Made by a program: the position numbers and the translations under genes
Part shown: one piece after another, positions 15,910 through 31,979 of the stretch
Layout of the letters: the number at the start of each line of letters is the position of its first letter
How positions within the stretch are numbered: position 1 is the stretch's first letter
The notes under the pieces: model-generated
What the model was told of the DNA's origin: nothing
Databases searched by the model: none
What the model saw: only the letters and a program-made list of their open reading frames with translations
NCBI RefSeq assembly: GCF_009914755.1
Contig: NC_060946.1
DNA: 64,000 bases
Reading direction: 5' to 3' (one strand)
DNA from: the human T2T-CHM13v2.0 reference genome, Homo sapiens

Positions 15910-16130
15910 TACCGTTTGTTAACCCATTAGGACATGCCAGGTACTGTGTTAGGTCCTTTAGTTCTCATGGTGACACCATGAGGCAGGAACTATTCTTATT
16001 TCCAGATGAGGAAAGTGAGGTGGAGAGAGCTTAAGTCATTAGCCCATGGTCAGTCGGCTAGGAGGTGGTGGAGCTGGGATTTGAACCTAGGTAAAGCTAA
16101 TGCATGAGCTCCGTGTTTAAACTCCAAACT
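15910..16130 (-). mobile_element. MIR
   Basis: CAGATGAGGAAAGTGAGG..GGAGCTGGGATTTGAACCTAGG. Confidence 0.75.
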
Positions 16131-16227
16131 CCAGTCATTCTTGTATCACTTCGGGATTTTCTTGATATGTGTATACCACCTGGGCTGTTTTTCAAACATT
16201 TTTCTTGAACTCTTCTGTCTTTTCCAG

Positions 16228-16897
<670 letters not shown>

Positions 16898-17167
16898 TTT
16901 TTTTTTTTTTCAGTTTTTTTTTCAAGACAGCATCCCACTGTGTCACCCAGGCTTGAGTGCAGTGGTGCAATCCTAGCTCACTGCACCTTCGACCTCCTGG
17001 GCTCAAGCAAGCCTCCTGCTTCAGCCTCCTAAGTAGCTGGGGTGCAGGTGTGTGCCACCATGCCTGGCTAATTTTTTTGATTTTCAGTAGAGATGGAGTT
17101 TCGCTCTGTTGCTCAGGCTTCTGAGTTCAAGTGCTGAAATTACAGCTGTGAGCCACTGCGCCTGGCT
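16898..17167 (-). mobile_element. AluJ with left-arm deletions
   Basis: GCTCAGGCTTCTGAGTTCAAGTGCTGAAATTACAG lacks about 40 nt of consensus. Confidence 0.88.
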
Positions 17168-17279
17168 GTGACCAGTGCTTATTGCTGTCACCTATGTGCT
17201 GTACCCATGCACATATTGAAATATATGAAATTGCCATTTTCGTAGGTCAAGAATGGCAGATACCAGAATTTCATAGGGT

Positions 17280-17430
17280 TCAACCTCAGGAGGATCCCAT
17301 CAGACAGGCAGTATTGATCTCTTTTTCCAGATGAGAAAACTGAGGCTCAGAGAGGGAATTGACTCCACCAAGGAAATATAGCCAAGGATGGTGCAGAGCG
17401 GGGGATCCAAATTCCCTGCCAATTTCATTC
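17280..17430 (-). mobile_element. MIR
   Basis: CAGATGAGAAAACTGAGGCTCAGAGAGG. Confidence 0.75.
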
Positions 17431-18529
17431 TATTCCCCTGGCCTCCCTTTGCACTTGGGGATGCTGCTGACTCACCAGCAGGAGATGAGAGCTTTGGTTA
17501 ATTTGTCCAGCAGCAGAGATGGGTTTCCCCGCACCATCCACACTCCCCGCCACTATTCAGCGTGGGCTTCCCGTGTGGCTACTGTATGCCTTGTGGGAAG
17601 AGGCGGGCATTGGGGTGGGACTGGGAACCGAGTGAGTTTGTGGATTTCTGGTCTCTAGGGCCTCAGACAGCCTGGTCTTCCCACTCCCCACCCGTAGCCA
17701 GCGACTGCAGGCGCTTGGCCCTGCTGCAGCTGGGAACACTGAGCCGGGCACATCCCCCTGGGAAGGATTGCTCCACATTCGGCAGTTCCCTGTTTATGGA
17801 GCAAGACAGCAGAACCCCCAGGGGTGGGCATTGGATCCCAGCCCTAACAAGGCTGTCTGGATGTTCCTGCCTTTCTTTTGGAAGCTTTCCTTTTTAGAGA
17901 GGGAACAAAAGGCTTAGAGAGGATGAATATTTTGCTCAAGGTCATTCAGCCAGCCAGGAGCTGAGCAGGGACACAAATGCTAGGATTTTGCTTCCCAGTT
18001 CCTGTTTCTTTCCATCTGAGATCCCTCTCTGCCTACCCCCACCCTTCCTGGGACCCCCTGTTGTTGTGTTGGGGGCAGCATGGGGGTCTGTCCATGTTGG
18101 GGTGCGGAAGCCCAGGAGCTGTCTGGGTGAGGCTCGAACACCCACTGGCCACCTGCCAGACTTGGACACTCCCACCTGTGACGCAGAGAGCCCACCGGGC
18201 TGGTCGCGACATGAAGATGCTTTCAGCACCCAGCACCCCTGTGGGTGGAGGAACAGGTTTGGGCCCTTTCCCTGCCTGCTCCCCACATGCTGGGGCCCAC
18301 CCCTAGCTGAGCCCATGGGGGACCTACCTCTGGCTGGGCCTGAGACTGCAGGAGTCTCGTGCAAGAGACGCACTGCCAGGTTGGGGTGCTTGGGCTGGGA
18401 AATGCAAGGGTGGAAACTCTGGCTTCCCGGGGACCTGCCAGTCATGAGTGGGACCTGCCAGTCAGGATTCGGACCATGTTATTGGGTCGGGGAGGATAGA
18501 GCAAAGCAGGTAGGCTCCCCTGTCCTGTA

Positions 18530-18740
18530 AGCCTGGGTTTGAGTCCTCTGCTTCACCACTTGCTGCCTGTGAAACGCAGGGGAAGTTCAATCCTCAGTTT
18601 CCCTGTCTGTGCAATGGGAACGATATTAATAGTAGAACCATCTCAGAGAGCTGTCATGAGGATTGACCGAGAGGCTGCCTGTGAAGTTCTGAGCCCAGTG
18701 CCGGGCATGTTGTCGGCAGCTGTTATTATGATTACTGTCA
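18530..18740 (+). mobile_element. MIR
   Basis: CCTGGGTTTGAGTCC..CCTCAGTTTCCCTGTCTGTGCAATGGGA. Confidence 0.8.
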
Positions 18741-19697
18741 ATGTGCTAATTATACTCACGTTTCCACGATCAGCATCAAACATATCCCTGTGTGTTTACT
18801 GGTGACCTTGCAACCTCGGAATTGTGTTTCTTTGAAAAAAGGGAAACTGACAGCGCAATGGAGGCAGGAGATGGATAATGTGACCCTTTAAAGGCCCTTT
18901 GTGTCCAGGACTTTTGGATAAAATGTTTGGCCCATGCCTGTTACCATGCGCTGTTGTCTGCTCCCCCAGAGCCTTGATAAACCGGGCTGGAGGCCTGGGT
19001 GAGGCTCAGCAGGGATGGTAGGAGGCTTCTTACCCCACAGCTGCCTCCTGGTAGCAGCTGCCAGGTCTGGCCTCATAGAGCCTGTGAGTCCAAACAGAAA
19101 GGCCTGAATGTGTCTGAGACCCTCTAACTCTGATTAGCTCAGGAATCCACCTCCCCCAGCCCACCCTGGGGCTCCAAAGGGCCCCACGGGTCTGATGTGC
19201 TGACACGCCAGGATCTTGGACTGGCTTCTCGCCCTTAGATTCCCAGGGTTGGGGGTTGAGGGGCAGGGCCTGCTGAAGCCTAGAGAGGGCAGGGCCTTGG
19301 CCTACGTCACCCTGCAAGTGGAGACAGAGGTTTTTTGGCTCTGGGCTCTGGGCAGGGACATTTTATTTATTGCTGAGTTGGCCTCTGTCCTCACAGTTTA
19401 ATTTCTCAGCTTCCCCACATTCGGCACCGTAGTCCTTATTCCATACTCATAAGTGGCTTCTTGTCTTAAACAAACCAAACCAAAACGCTAAAAATGTCCC
19501 TGGACCTGCATAGCTTCTTGTGAGTGTCTTTCAGAACCTCAGGGCTCCAGCAGGGTGTGGAGCAGGAAATGATCATGGCCACCACCACCGTAATCATAGC
19601 AGTTAACGTATTGAACACATGCTGTGAACTGGGCACTCTGCTAGTCACTTTATACTGGTTAACTCCTTTCATCCCCGCAACAGCCCCAGGAGGCAGG

Positions 19698-20053
19698 TGA
19701 TAGGGTTTGGCTCTGTGTCCCCACCCAGATCTCATCTTGAATTGTACTCCTATAATTCCCATGTGTTGTGAGAGGGACCTGGTGGGAGATAATTTGAATC
19801 ACGGGGGCGGTTTTCCCCATGCTGTTCTTTTGGTAGTGATTAAGTCTCACGAGATCTGATGGTTTTATCAGGTGTTTCTGCTTTTGCCTCTTCCTCATTT
19901 TTCTCTTGCTGCTGCCATGTAAGAAGTGCCTTTTGCCTCCTGCCATGACTCTGAGGCCTCCCTAGCCATATGGAACTGTAAATCCAATTAAACCTCTTTT
20001 TCTTCCCAGTCTTAGGTATGTCTTTATCAGCAGCATGAAAATGGACTCGTACA
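19698..20053 (+). mobile_element. THE1A/B solo LTR (ERVL-MaLR) inserted in a minus-strand MIR
   Basis: TGATAGGGTTTGGCTCTGTGTCCCCACCC..AAGTCTCACGAGATCTGATGG..AATTAAACCTC..ACA; TSD GCAGG/CCAGG; MIR halves approx 19590-19697 and 20054-20200. Confidence 0.92.
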
Positions 20054-20262
20054 CCAGGCATTATTACTTTTATACCCATTTTGCAGATGAGGAAACTGAG
20101 GCACAGAAGCAAAGTAACTTCAAGGCTACCTAGCTAGCATGTCATAGAACTAGGTTTTGAACTCAGGCAGCTGGATCCCATGCCTGTGCCCTGGTGCCTG
20201 ACTTGTTTTAAAAACCCCACTTTTAAAAATTGTGAAATATGGATACAGTTTACCATCTTAAT

Positions 20263-20900
<638 letters not shown>

Positions 20901-20914
20901 AACCATCTTAATAA

Positions 20915-21233
<319 letters not shown>

Positions 21234-21538
21234 AATAATTTTTAAGTTTACTCCCGTTTGGTGGCATAAGTACATTCACATTGTTGTGCAACTGTTACCA
21301 CCATCTATCTCCAGAACTCTCTCCGTCCTCCCAGACTGAAACTCTTCTACTCATGAACAACGCCCCATCCCATGCCGCCTCCCCACAACCCCTGGCAACC
21401 ACTGTTTTATTTTCTTTCTCTATGAATTTGACTACTTTAGGCATCTGATACAAGTGAACCATACAGTATTTGGCCTTTTGTGATTGCATATTTTGCTTAG
21501 CAAAATGTCTTCAAGTTCACCTGTGTTGTAGCATGTAA

Positions 21539-21683
<145 letters not shown>

Positions 21684-21808
21684 AAGAATTCCCTTCTTTT
21701 TAAAGGCTGGATGGATAATATTCCATTGTATGGCTAGACCACATTGTTTATTCATTCATTCATCAGTGGATGCTTGACTTGTTTCCACGTTTTAGCTAGT
21801 ATGAATAA

Positions 21809-22154
<346 letters not shown>

Positions 22155-22326
22155 CAGTTTCTTTGATTTTATACCCAGAAGTGGAATTGCTGGATGACAT
22201 GCTAATCCTGTTTTTAACGTTTTAAGAAACAACCATATCATCTTCCACAGTGGCTACACTATTTTATATTCATACCAACAGTGCACAAGTGTTCCAATTT
22301 ATTCACATCCTTGCCAACACTTGTTG

Positions 22327-22806
<480 letters not shown>

Positions 22807-23084
22807 TAGAATGTCGGTCACATCCTGCTGTGTTTTCTGGAAATACTTTGTTCTCCCTCACTGGACTGTGAACTTTCTGAGGATGTACCCTGGTGCCCCC
22901 AAGGAGAGCTGGCCTGGGTGAGATGCTGAAGAAATACTTAAGAACCCACTTCTCACTGACCCGGGGCACACCCTGGTGTGTGTCTTTGGTGGGAGAAAGG
23001 CTGGAGCCCCGCATCGCATTCTTCCAGGGTGCTCTATACTTCCTAGGGAAGAAGAAGCCCCTGAGTGCCTGAGACATGACTCTT

Positions 23085-23550
23085 AGCCCTGGATGCTCAG
23101 GAGAAACTCCCTGGGGAGCTTCAGAAAAATACAGATGCTGGGGCCACCATCTAGAGACTCAGGCTCAGCTGGTCTGAAGCAGGACCCTTGGGGATCTGTA
23201 TTCAAAAGGAAAACTCGGCCAGGTGCCTGGCTCATGCCTGTAATCCCAGCGCTTTGGGAGGCCAAGGCGGGAAGATTGCTTGAGCCAGGAGTTCAAGATC
23301 AGCCTGGGCAACGTGACGAGACCCCATCTCTACAAAAAATAGAAAAATTAGCTGGGTGTGATGGCATGCTCCTCTAGTTCCAGCTACTTGGGAGACCAAG
23401 GTGGAGGACTGCTTGAGCCTGGGAGGTTGAAGCTGCAGCGAGCTGTGATTGCACCACTGCACTCCAGCGTGGGTGACACAGCAAAACTCTGTCTAACATA
23501 AAAGGAAAACTCCCCAGGTGATTCTTATGGCACCTGGCCTGGGAGGCATA
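23085..23550. mobile_element. MER5-like hAT fragment split by AluJ
   Basis: CCTGGGGAGCTT..AAAAATACAGATGCTGGGGCCACC and CTCCCCAGGTGATTCTTATG. Confidence 0.65.
23217..23499 (+). mobile_element. AluJ with almost no poly(A)
   Basis: TSD AAAAGGAAAACTC at 23204-23216 and 23500-23512. Confidence 0.93.
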
Positions 23551-23699
23551 ACCATATATTACTGGATGCTGCCTGAATTACCTGAGGAGAGACATGTGTA
23601 TATGTGTACATCATGGATAAAGTAAGTGAATGAATGAACAAATGAGTGTAGAGTCCCCCAAGCTCTGTCATCCACGCACCACTTGAGTGATGTTTCCAC

Positions 23700-24090
23700 A
23701 TCTTTTTACTTCTTATGTTATTATTCCTCTAATTATCTAAAACCACCCCCACCTCATTGTACTCAAATAATTCTATGTATTATTACTGTCAATTGATAAC
23801 ACCAGCGATGCTGGTTATAAGTAGATTACTTAAGAAATACAGGCAAAGGAAATCAAACAGTGTCATCAAGTTCCCACTAAATAAATGCCGCTTTCACTGC
23901 AGGTTTTTGGGCTAGAAGTGGCCTTACTCTCTCTTTGCTAAAAAGCGTGATTAGCAAGTGTCGCGGAAGTGTTAAAGACAGGCTGGCACCTCATGGAGAC
24001 CTTCTCCTGGCTGGAATCACTTTTCTTCCGTGAGTCAGTGCTATTTAATGTCCATTCTCTGGACTGTGTGCCTCCCACACTCATCAATGC
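23700..24090. mobile_element. Old hAT-Charlie-like fragment
   Basis: AAAAAG..GATTAGCAAGTG..GTGTTAAAGACA..GCACC..GAGAC..TTCTCC resembles a recalled Charlie consensus and the 53.9-54.2 kb copy. Confidence 0.45.
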
Positions 24091-24766
24091 AGAGCTAGGG
24101 AATGAGGGTGTGTGAGGCAGGAGCCAGGTGGGTGCAGGGTTGTGGGTCTGCATGGGTGAGGGCCTGTTTCTTGAGCGGCCTTTGCTGGTCACTGGCATTT
24201 GCCCTGTGGGTGCTGGGGTAACTTGAGTCTAGGGCATCCCTTGCCCCACAGCAGCCCCAGAACCTCAGGAGGACCCAAGAGGCTTTTATCTCCAGGGTCA
24301 CTGAGCTGGGATGGTCCCTGCCAAGGTCGTGGTGTTGGCTGGGCACAGATCCCAGAGGGCACAGGCCTGGAAGTTGGGAATTGGGAGGGAGAGGGAGCTT
24401 CTCCTGCCGGACCCAAGTCCTTGCAGGATGAGTGCCAGCGTCTTGGCTCCTTGAATCACTCATAGGGAGGCCAGTGGCCTGGGTGCTGGTTTCCCTGGCC
24501 TGCTTCAACCTGCTGTGTGACCTTGGATGAGTCCCTTGGCCTTTCTGAGCTTCCTTCCAGGCATCTGTTGAATTCATTTGGAAAGTACTCCTCTGACACC
24601 TGCTGTGGGCCAGGCTCTGTGCTGGGGGCTACAGGGAACCCTGCAGCTGAGATCCCTTCTCTCTTGGGGTCTGTGGGCTGGAGGGAGAGGCAGACCTGGC
24701 AGGAGGGAGAAAGAAGACCAGGATGCTTTGAAGAAAATGGGGGATGAACTTTAGCTGAGCTTCGGC

Positions 24767-25150
24767 TTGTGCTTTTCTGAGTGCACCTTAACAAATTATC
24801 ACAATCTGGGTGGTTTCAAAACAACAGCACTGTGTTTTCCGACTTTCTTGAGGCTAATAGTGTCCTCAGAGCCACACTGCTTCAAAGGCTGTAAAAGAGA
24901 ATCCCTCCTTTCTTCTTCAGCTTCCAGTGGCTTCCGGCAATTGTTGGCGTTTTTTGGCTTCTAGCTGTATGTCTGTGTGTTCTTTTTTTATAAGGACACT
25001 AGTCATTGGATTAGGGTCCACCCTAATGCAGAGTGACCTCATTCAGACCTAACTAATTACATCTACAAGGACCCTATTTCCAAAGAAGGTCGCATTCTGA
25101 GATTACAGGTGGACCTGAATTTTGGGGAGACAGTTTTTCTCCCATTACAC
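24767..25150 (-). mobile_element. MaLR solo LTR (MLT1B/C-like)
   Basis: TAACAAATTATCACAATCTGGGTGG..TTATAAGGACACTAGTCATTGGATTAGGG..ACCCTATTTCCAAA. Confidence 0.8.
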
Positions 25151-25256
25151 TGAAGAAGGGCCATTAAAGCTCAGACTTAAAGGATGTGTGTATGGTGGGG
25201 GGGCGGGGGTGGTTCAAGGTGCGGTTGTTTGAAGCAGAGGGAACAGCTTGCGCTAG

Positions 25257-25703
<447 letters not shown>

Positions 25704-26255
25704 TAAGCAGGGACATTATGTGGTTGCATTCCCTTTTGGAAGAAAGTCACTTAATTAGGAAGGGGCATGACAGTGACTGAGGGTACATGCCTTAAGGGTT
25801 ACCCCCAAGCACACTGACATCCCTCCAGTGTTCTAAGCCTCAAATCCTTTGCAGATAGGTAGGGCAGTACTTTTATCTCTTGAGGAAATGCAGGCCCAGA
25901 GAGGTTAAGCAGTTTTCTTAGGGTCACACAGCTAGGGGAAAGAAAGCTCAAGGCCTCAGCTAACATCTTCAGTCTTGTAAGTTCTCAACACACCTGGAGG
26001 CAAAGGACCATCCTCAAATATAGCTGGGTGTCCAGGGCACGGGAAATAGCCCAGGACAGGGAGCACTGATTTTACACCTGTTGGTGAAGGTAATGCATCA
26101 TCTGCCCAGTCAAGAGACGGTTTAGCTACTGGGCAAGGGATGAGGCAGCTTCAGCAACTTAATAAGCGTGGAATTAATTCCCTTATATGTGTGAGCTGCT
26201 GTGAGTCTTCCCATTCAGGACAAAGCTCAGGAGCAGAGGAGAAAAAGCAGGTAAA

Positions 26256-26593
<338 letters not shown>

Positions 26594-26880
26594 CTAGGCC
26601 CCGGGCCCAGATGAAATGGCAGGATAATTCCAACTGTTCCAGAAGCACGGAGCTGCTGTCTCTCTGATTTTTTGGATATATATTCATGTGGAAAAGAGCT
26701 TTCTTCTTATTGGGAAGTAAAAATATATCTCTATTCAGATAAAACATCTCTATTCACATTCCAAACTGGGAACATATCAATTTTCCCACACTGGGATTTA
26801 AAACGTAAATTAGGTGCTGTCTCCGAGGTATTGAGGATGCTAATATCCTCCTAAGAGATGGGCTTGTTGGCTGGATCTGA

Positions 26881-27226
<346 letters not shown>

Positions 27227-27274
27227 TTTCTGTCTCTTGTTTCTTTAGTTCCCTCTTTGTCTCAGCGCCTTTTG

Positions 27275-27386
27275 AGGGAGGAAGAGAGGGAGGGAGAGGG
27301 GGAGAGAGAGAGAGAGTGTGTGAGTGTGTGTGTGTATGTGTGTGTGTGTGTGTGTGTATGGTGAGGGGAGAGAGAGAGAGAGAGAA
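27275..27386. repeat. Compound (GA)n-(GT)n-(GA)n microsatellite
   Basis: Purine run 27275-27315, imperfect GT run to approx 27358, GA run to approx 27386. Confidence 0.95.
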
Positions 27387-27860
27387 ACAGAATGAGAGGG
27401 AGGAACTACTCTGTTCTCCAACACCAGGAGAAACCTCTCCCTCTGGAATAGCCCCTTCCCATTGAGGATTTTTCTCCAACTGTGTTTTGCGAGGGTTGTG
27501 GGGTAACCCTTCGGGAGGAAGCTGAGTCAGTAAGTGCCGATGCTGTCTCCTGACTGCTGGGTTGGGACTTGTGTGCGTGTGTGTGTTATGGGGGATGGGG
27601 ACGTGTGAAAGACAGGAGTTAAATTTGGTCCCGGATCTGAACATGGGTTTCCTTCCTCTCCTAGTGAAAGGACTTATCTCAGATGAATCACGTCCTCTCT
27701 TTAGAGTTCTGGGCTCATGGAATGTCAAGGCCAGTCTGGCGCTCTTGGAGAGGTGCCTGCCCAAGGGATGTCAGATTCTGGTTTGTGACTCTGGAGGGGC
27801 GTTTGGCCACCCTAAGGGATGACGCTTGTGGCTTCAACCAGAGCATCTTCCCTATGTAGT

Positions 27861-28196
27861 CAGTCTTCCCTCGGTATCTGTGGGAGACTGGGTTACGGGA
27901 TACCAAAATCCCCAGAAGCTCAAATCCCTGATATAAAATGGTGTAGTATTTGCATGTAACCTATACATATCCTCCCAGATGCTTTAAATCAGCTCAAGAT
28001 TAATTATGATAGTTAATACAATGTAGATACCATGTAAGTAGTTACTATCTACATTGTTTATGGAATATGACAAGAAAAAAAAACTCTGTACCTGTTCAAT
28101 ACTGATGCAACCATCCTTATTTTTTTCCTGAATATTTTCAATCAGTGATTAATTGAATCCATAGATGTAGAACCCATGGATACAGAGAACTGCCTA
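27861..28196 (+). mobile_element. MER2
   Basis: CAGTCTTCCCTCGGTATCTGTGGG..GATATAAAATGGTGTAGTATTTGCAT..GAACCCATGGATAC. Confidence 0.87.
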
Positions 28197-28199
28197 TTC

Positions 28200-28328
28200 A
28201 TTTCATTCACCCACCCAACCACCCACCCACCCATCCACCCACCCACCCATCCACCCACCCATCCACCCATCCACCCACCCATCCATCCATCCATCCACCC
28301 ACCCACCCATCCATCCATCCATCCATCA
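28200..28328. repeat. (CCAC)n/(CCAT)n simple repeat
   Basis: Direct observation. Confidence 0.95.
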
Positions 28329-28491
28329 CAAGCTTGATGCACAGCTCTATGCTGGGGGCAGGGCCTCATGGTAATTATCCACCATTTGTTATCTGATCAT
28401 CTGTCAAGGCCCTGACCCCTTTCAGGCACTAGGGAGCATCCATAGAAATGAAGGACAAAGCCCCTTGCCCTCTGGAGGTCACAGCCTAAAG

Positions 28492-29058
<567 letters not shown>

Positions 29059-29345
29059 TATTATTATTTTTTGAGATGGAGTCTCACTCTGTTGCCCAGT
29101 CTGGAGTGCCATGGTGTGATCATAGCTCACTGCAGCCTCAAACTCCTGGGCTCAAGTGACCTTCTTTCCTGCCTCAGCCTCCTGAGTAACTGAGACTACA
29201 GGCACATGCCACCACACCTGGCTAATTATTTTATTTTTTGTAGAGGTGGGGTCTTGCTGTATTGCCCAGCCTGGCCCTAAGCAATGCTCCCACCTCAACC
29301 TCCAGAGTAGCAGGGATTACAGGTGTGCACCACCAATCCTGGCTA
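29059..29345 (-). mobile_element. AluJ
   Basis: Diverged antisense dimer. Confidence 0.88.
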
Positions 29346-29580
29346 AATGACAGCTAGTCTGATAGACTCCTGCTAGATTGGGCATATTATGTCTGCTTTG
29401 CAATTGAGGATACTGAGACATGGGGAAGGAGAATGACTTTCTGAAGTAGAACCTGGATTTGAGCCCAGCCTTGTAGTCTCTGACCCCTGTCATGTCTGCC
29501 TTCTCTCCACACATCTCCAGAGCTCTCTGCCCTGCAGGGGGTCCATCTGCAGCATCACAGGACTGTCAAGACTCCTGCCT

Positions 29581-29883
<303 letters not shown>

Positions 29884-30047
29884 AAGACTCCTGCCTGGAT
29901 CTCAGCCCCCCAAACTGGGAGCACTTGTTATTTTTAGGGTATCTCTATTCTGACCCCCGCTCAGTGGGAAGGATTCCCATTTTTGCTTCATATGATCCTT
30001 TGGGTAGAAAATCACTATTTATGTTAGTTCTTCAAAAATGGGTTTGG

Positions 30048-30358
<311 letters not shown>

Positions 30359-30419
30359 TTATCTCATCTGAGAATTGTGGTCCGGTGTCAGACCCAAAGA
30401 TGGGGAGGGAATGGGGCAG

Positions 30420-30600
30420 GGAGCTACTGAACACCAGGTACTGTGCTGGAGTTTTCAGTGTCCATCTGGGTTTGGTATCTTCCCCATCTCACAGTTGGAA
30501 AAACTGAGGCTCAAAGAGGAGCACTGACTTGTCCAAGGTCATGCAACTAGTGATTATGGAGCTGGGATTGGAATCCAGGTCTCTGACTCCCTGTACTTTG
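30420..30600 (-). mobile_element. MIR
   Basis: AAAACTGAGGCTCAAAGAGG..GACTTGTCCAAGGTCA..CTGGGATTGGAATCCAGGTC. Confidence 0.78.
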
Positions 30601-31671
30601 TGCTGGTGTTGAACTCCCAGGCCCAGTACACTCACCACTTCTTCGTGGAGGGAGTTTTGAATCAATCTTTTTTCAAGGTCCCTTTGGTTCTGGTTTCCCC
30701 TGGTTTCATGTCGAGGGTGAGTAGGAAGGGGTGTTCATTGTCTTCCTCTCACCCTTGTGTTCAAAGCCACATTGTCCCTTCTCTTGGTCCCCACTGTCAC
30801 TGAATTCATCTTGGCCACCCCGTCTCCCACCTGGAGGATGGCAGGAGTATCCTGCCCCAGCTCCAGGCTTCCACCTTTGCCATTTAGTTTATTCCCCACT
30901 GGGTGCCTGGTGTGCTTGCAGGGGGGTCACAGCCCTGCTGACAGCCTCCTCTTCATTGAGGTCTCAGCTCACATGGCACCTCCTCAGAGAGCCCTCCCCA
31001 TCCCCTCATCTAGAGTTGCTGCCCCTCCACCCTGACTTCTTATAACCCTTGCTCTATCGCCTTCATAGCCCTGGTCAACTCTGAGCTCAGTCTCTTCACT
31101 GCTGTAACAAGGGAGCTAGGGCTGCATGGTCTCTAAGATGAAAATTCTGAACTCCTAAGCCCTGGGAATTTAGGGCTGGTCAGGGCTCAGGGGGGATGCA
31201 CTGGCCCAAGGCAAGAGTGTGGGAGGAGGGCTGACCCTGAGCCACAGGAAAGGGAGAGTCCCTGGGTGGGGAAGAAACTATTTGGGATGAGTTCCCAAAG
31301 CTTAGCAAGAGCTCAAGAGCCCCTTTCCCCACCACTCCCCAAGAAAACACGCACTATTGTCTTAGCTGCAATTTTGGTGCCGGGAGGGTGTGCGGGGTGA
31401 ATGTCCGCCCGGCAAAGGGACTTCTGCCAAAGGGACTCTTGTTTATTTGAGATTTGAACAAAAAAAGGCTGTCCTCTTAAAACCACAGCCCCAGAAGCCT
31501 TGTTGGGTTTTGGGATCAAGGCAGAAGATGGTAGAGAGCTTTTTCTAGCTCTTTGTTAAACATTAAAAACATATTCTTTTGATAGAACATTATGAGCACC
31601 AGACGGCAGGAAAAGGAATATTCAGAAGCCCATCATCATTGGGGAAGCACAATGAAATTTTGGCAAGGTGA

Positions 31672-31979
31672 TTTATTTTTTATTTTTTTATTTTTTTAGA
31701 CAGAGTCTTGCTCTTGTCACCCAGGCTGGAGTGAGTTGGTGTGATCTCAGCTCGCTGCAACCTCTGCCTCCCGAGTTCAAGTGATTCTCCTGCCTCAGCC
31801 TCCCAAGTAGCTGGGATTACAGGCACCCGCCATCATCCCTGGCTAATTTTTTTATTTTTAGTAGAGACAGGGTTTCACTCTGTTGGCCATGCTGGTCTCG
31901 AACTCATGACCTCAGGTAATCCGCCTGCCTTGGCCTCCAGAAGTGGTAGGATTAAAGGTGTGAGCCACCTTGCCTGGCC
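31672..31979 (-). mobile_element. AluS
   Basis: Antisense dimer. Confidence 0.95.

Noticed and set aside
17988-18530. 180-aa ORF in non-repeat DNA
   Set aside because: No recognisable domain; several overlapping ORFs on both strands indicate stop-poor GC-rich DNA
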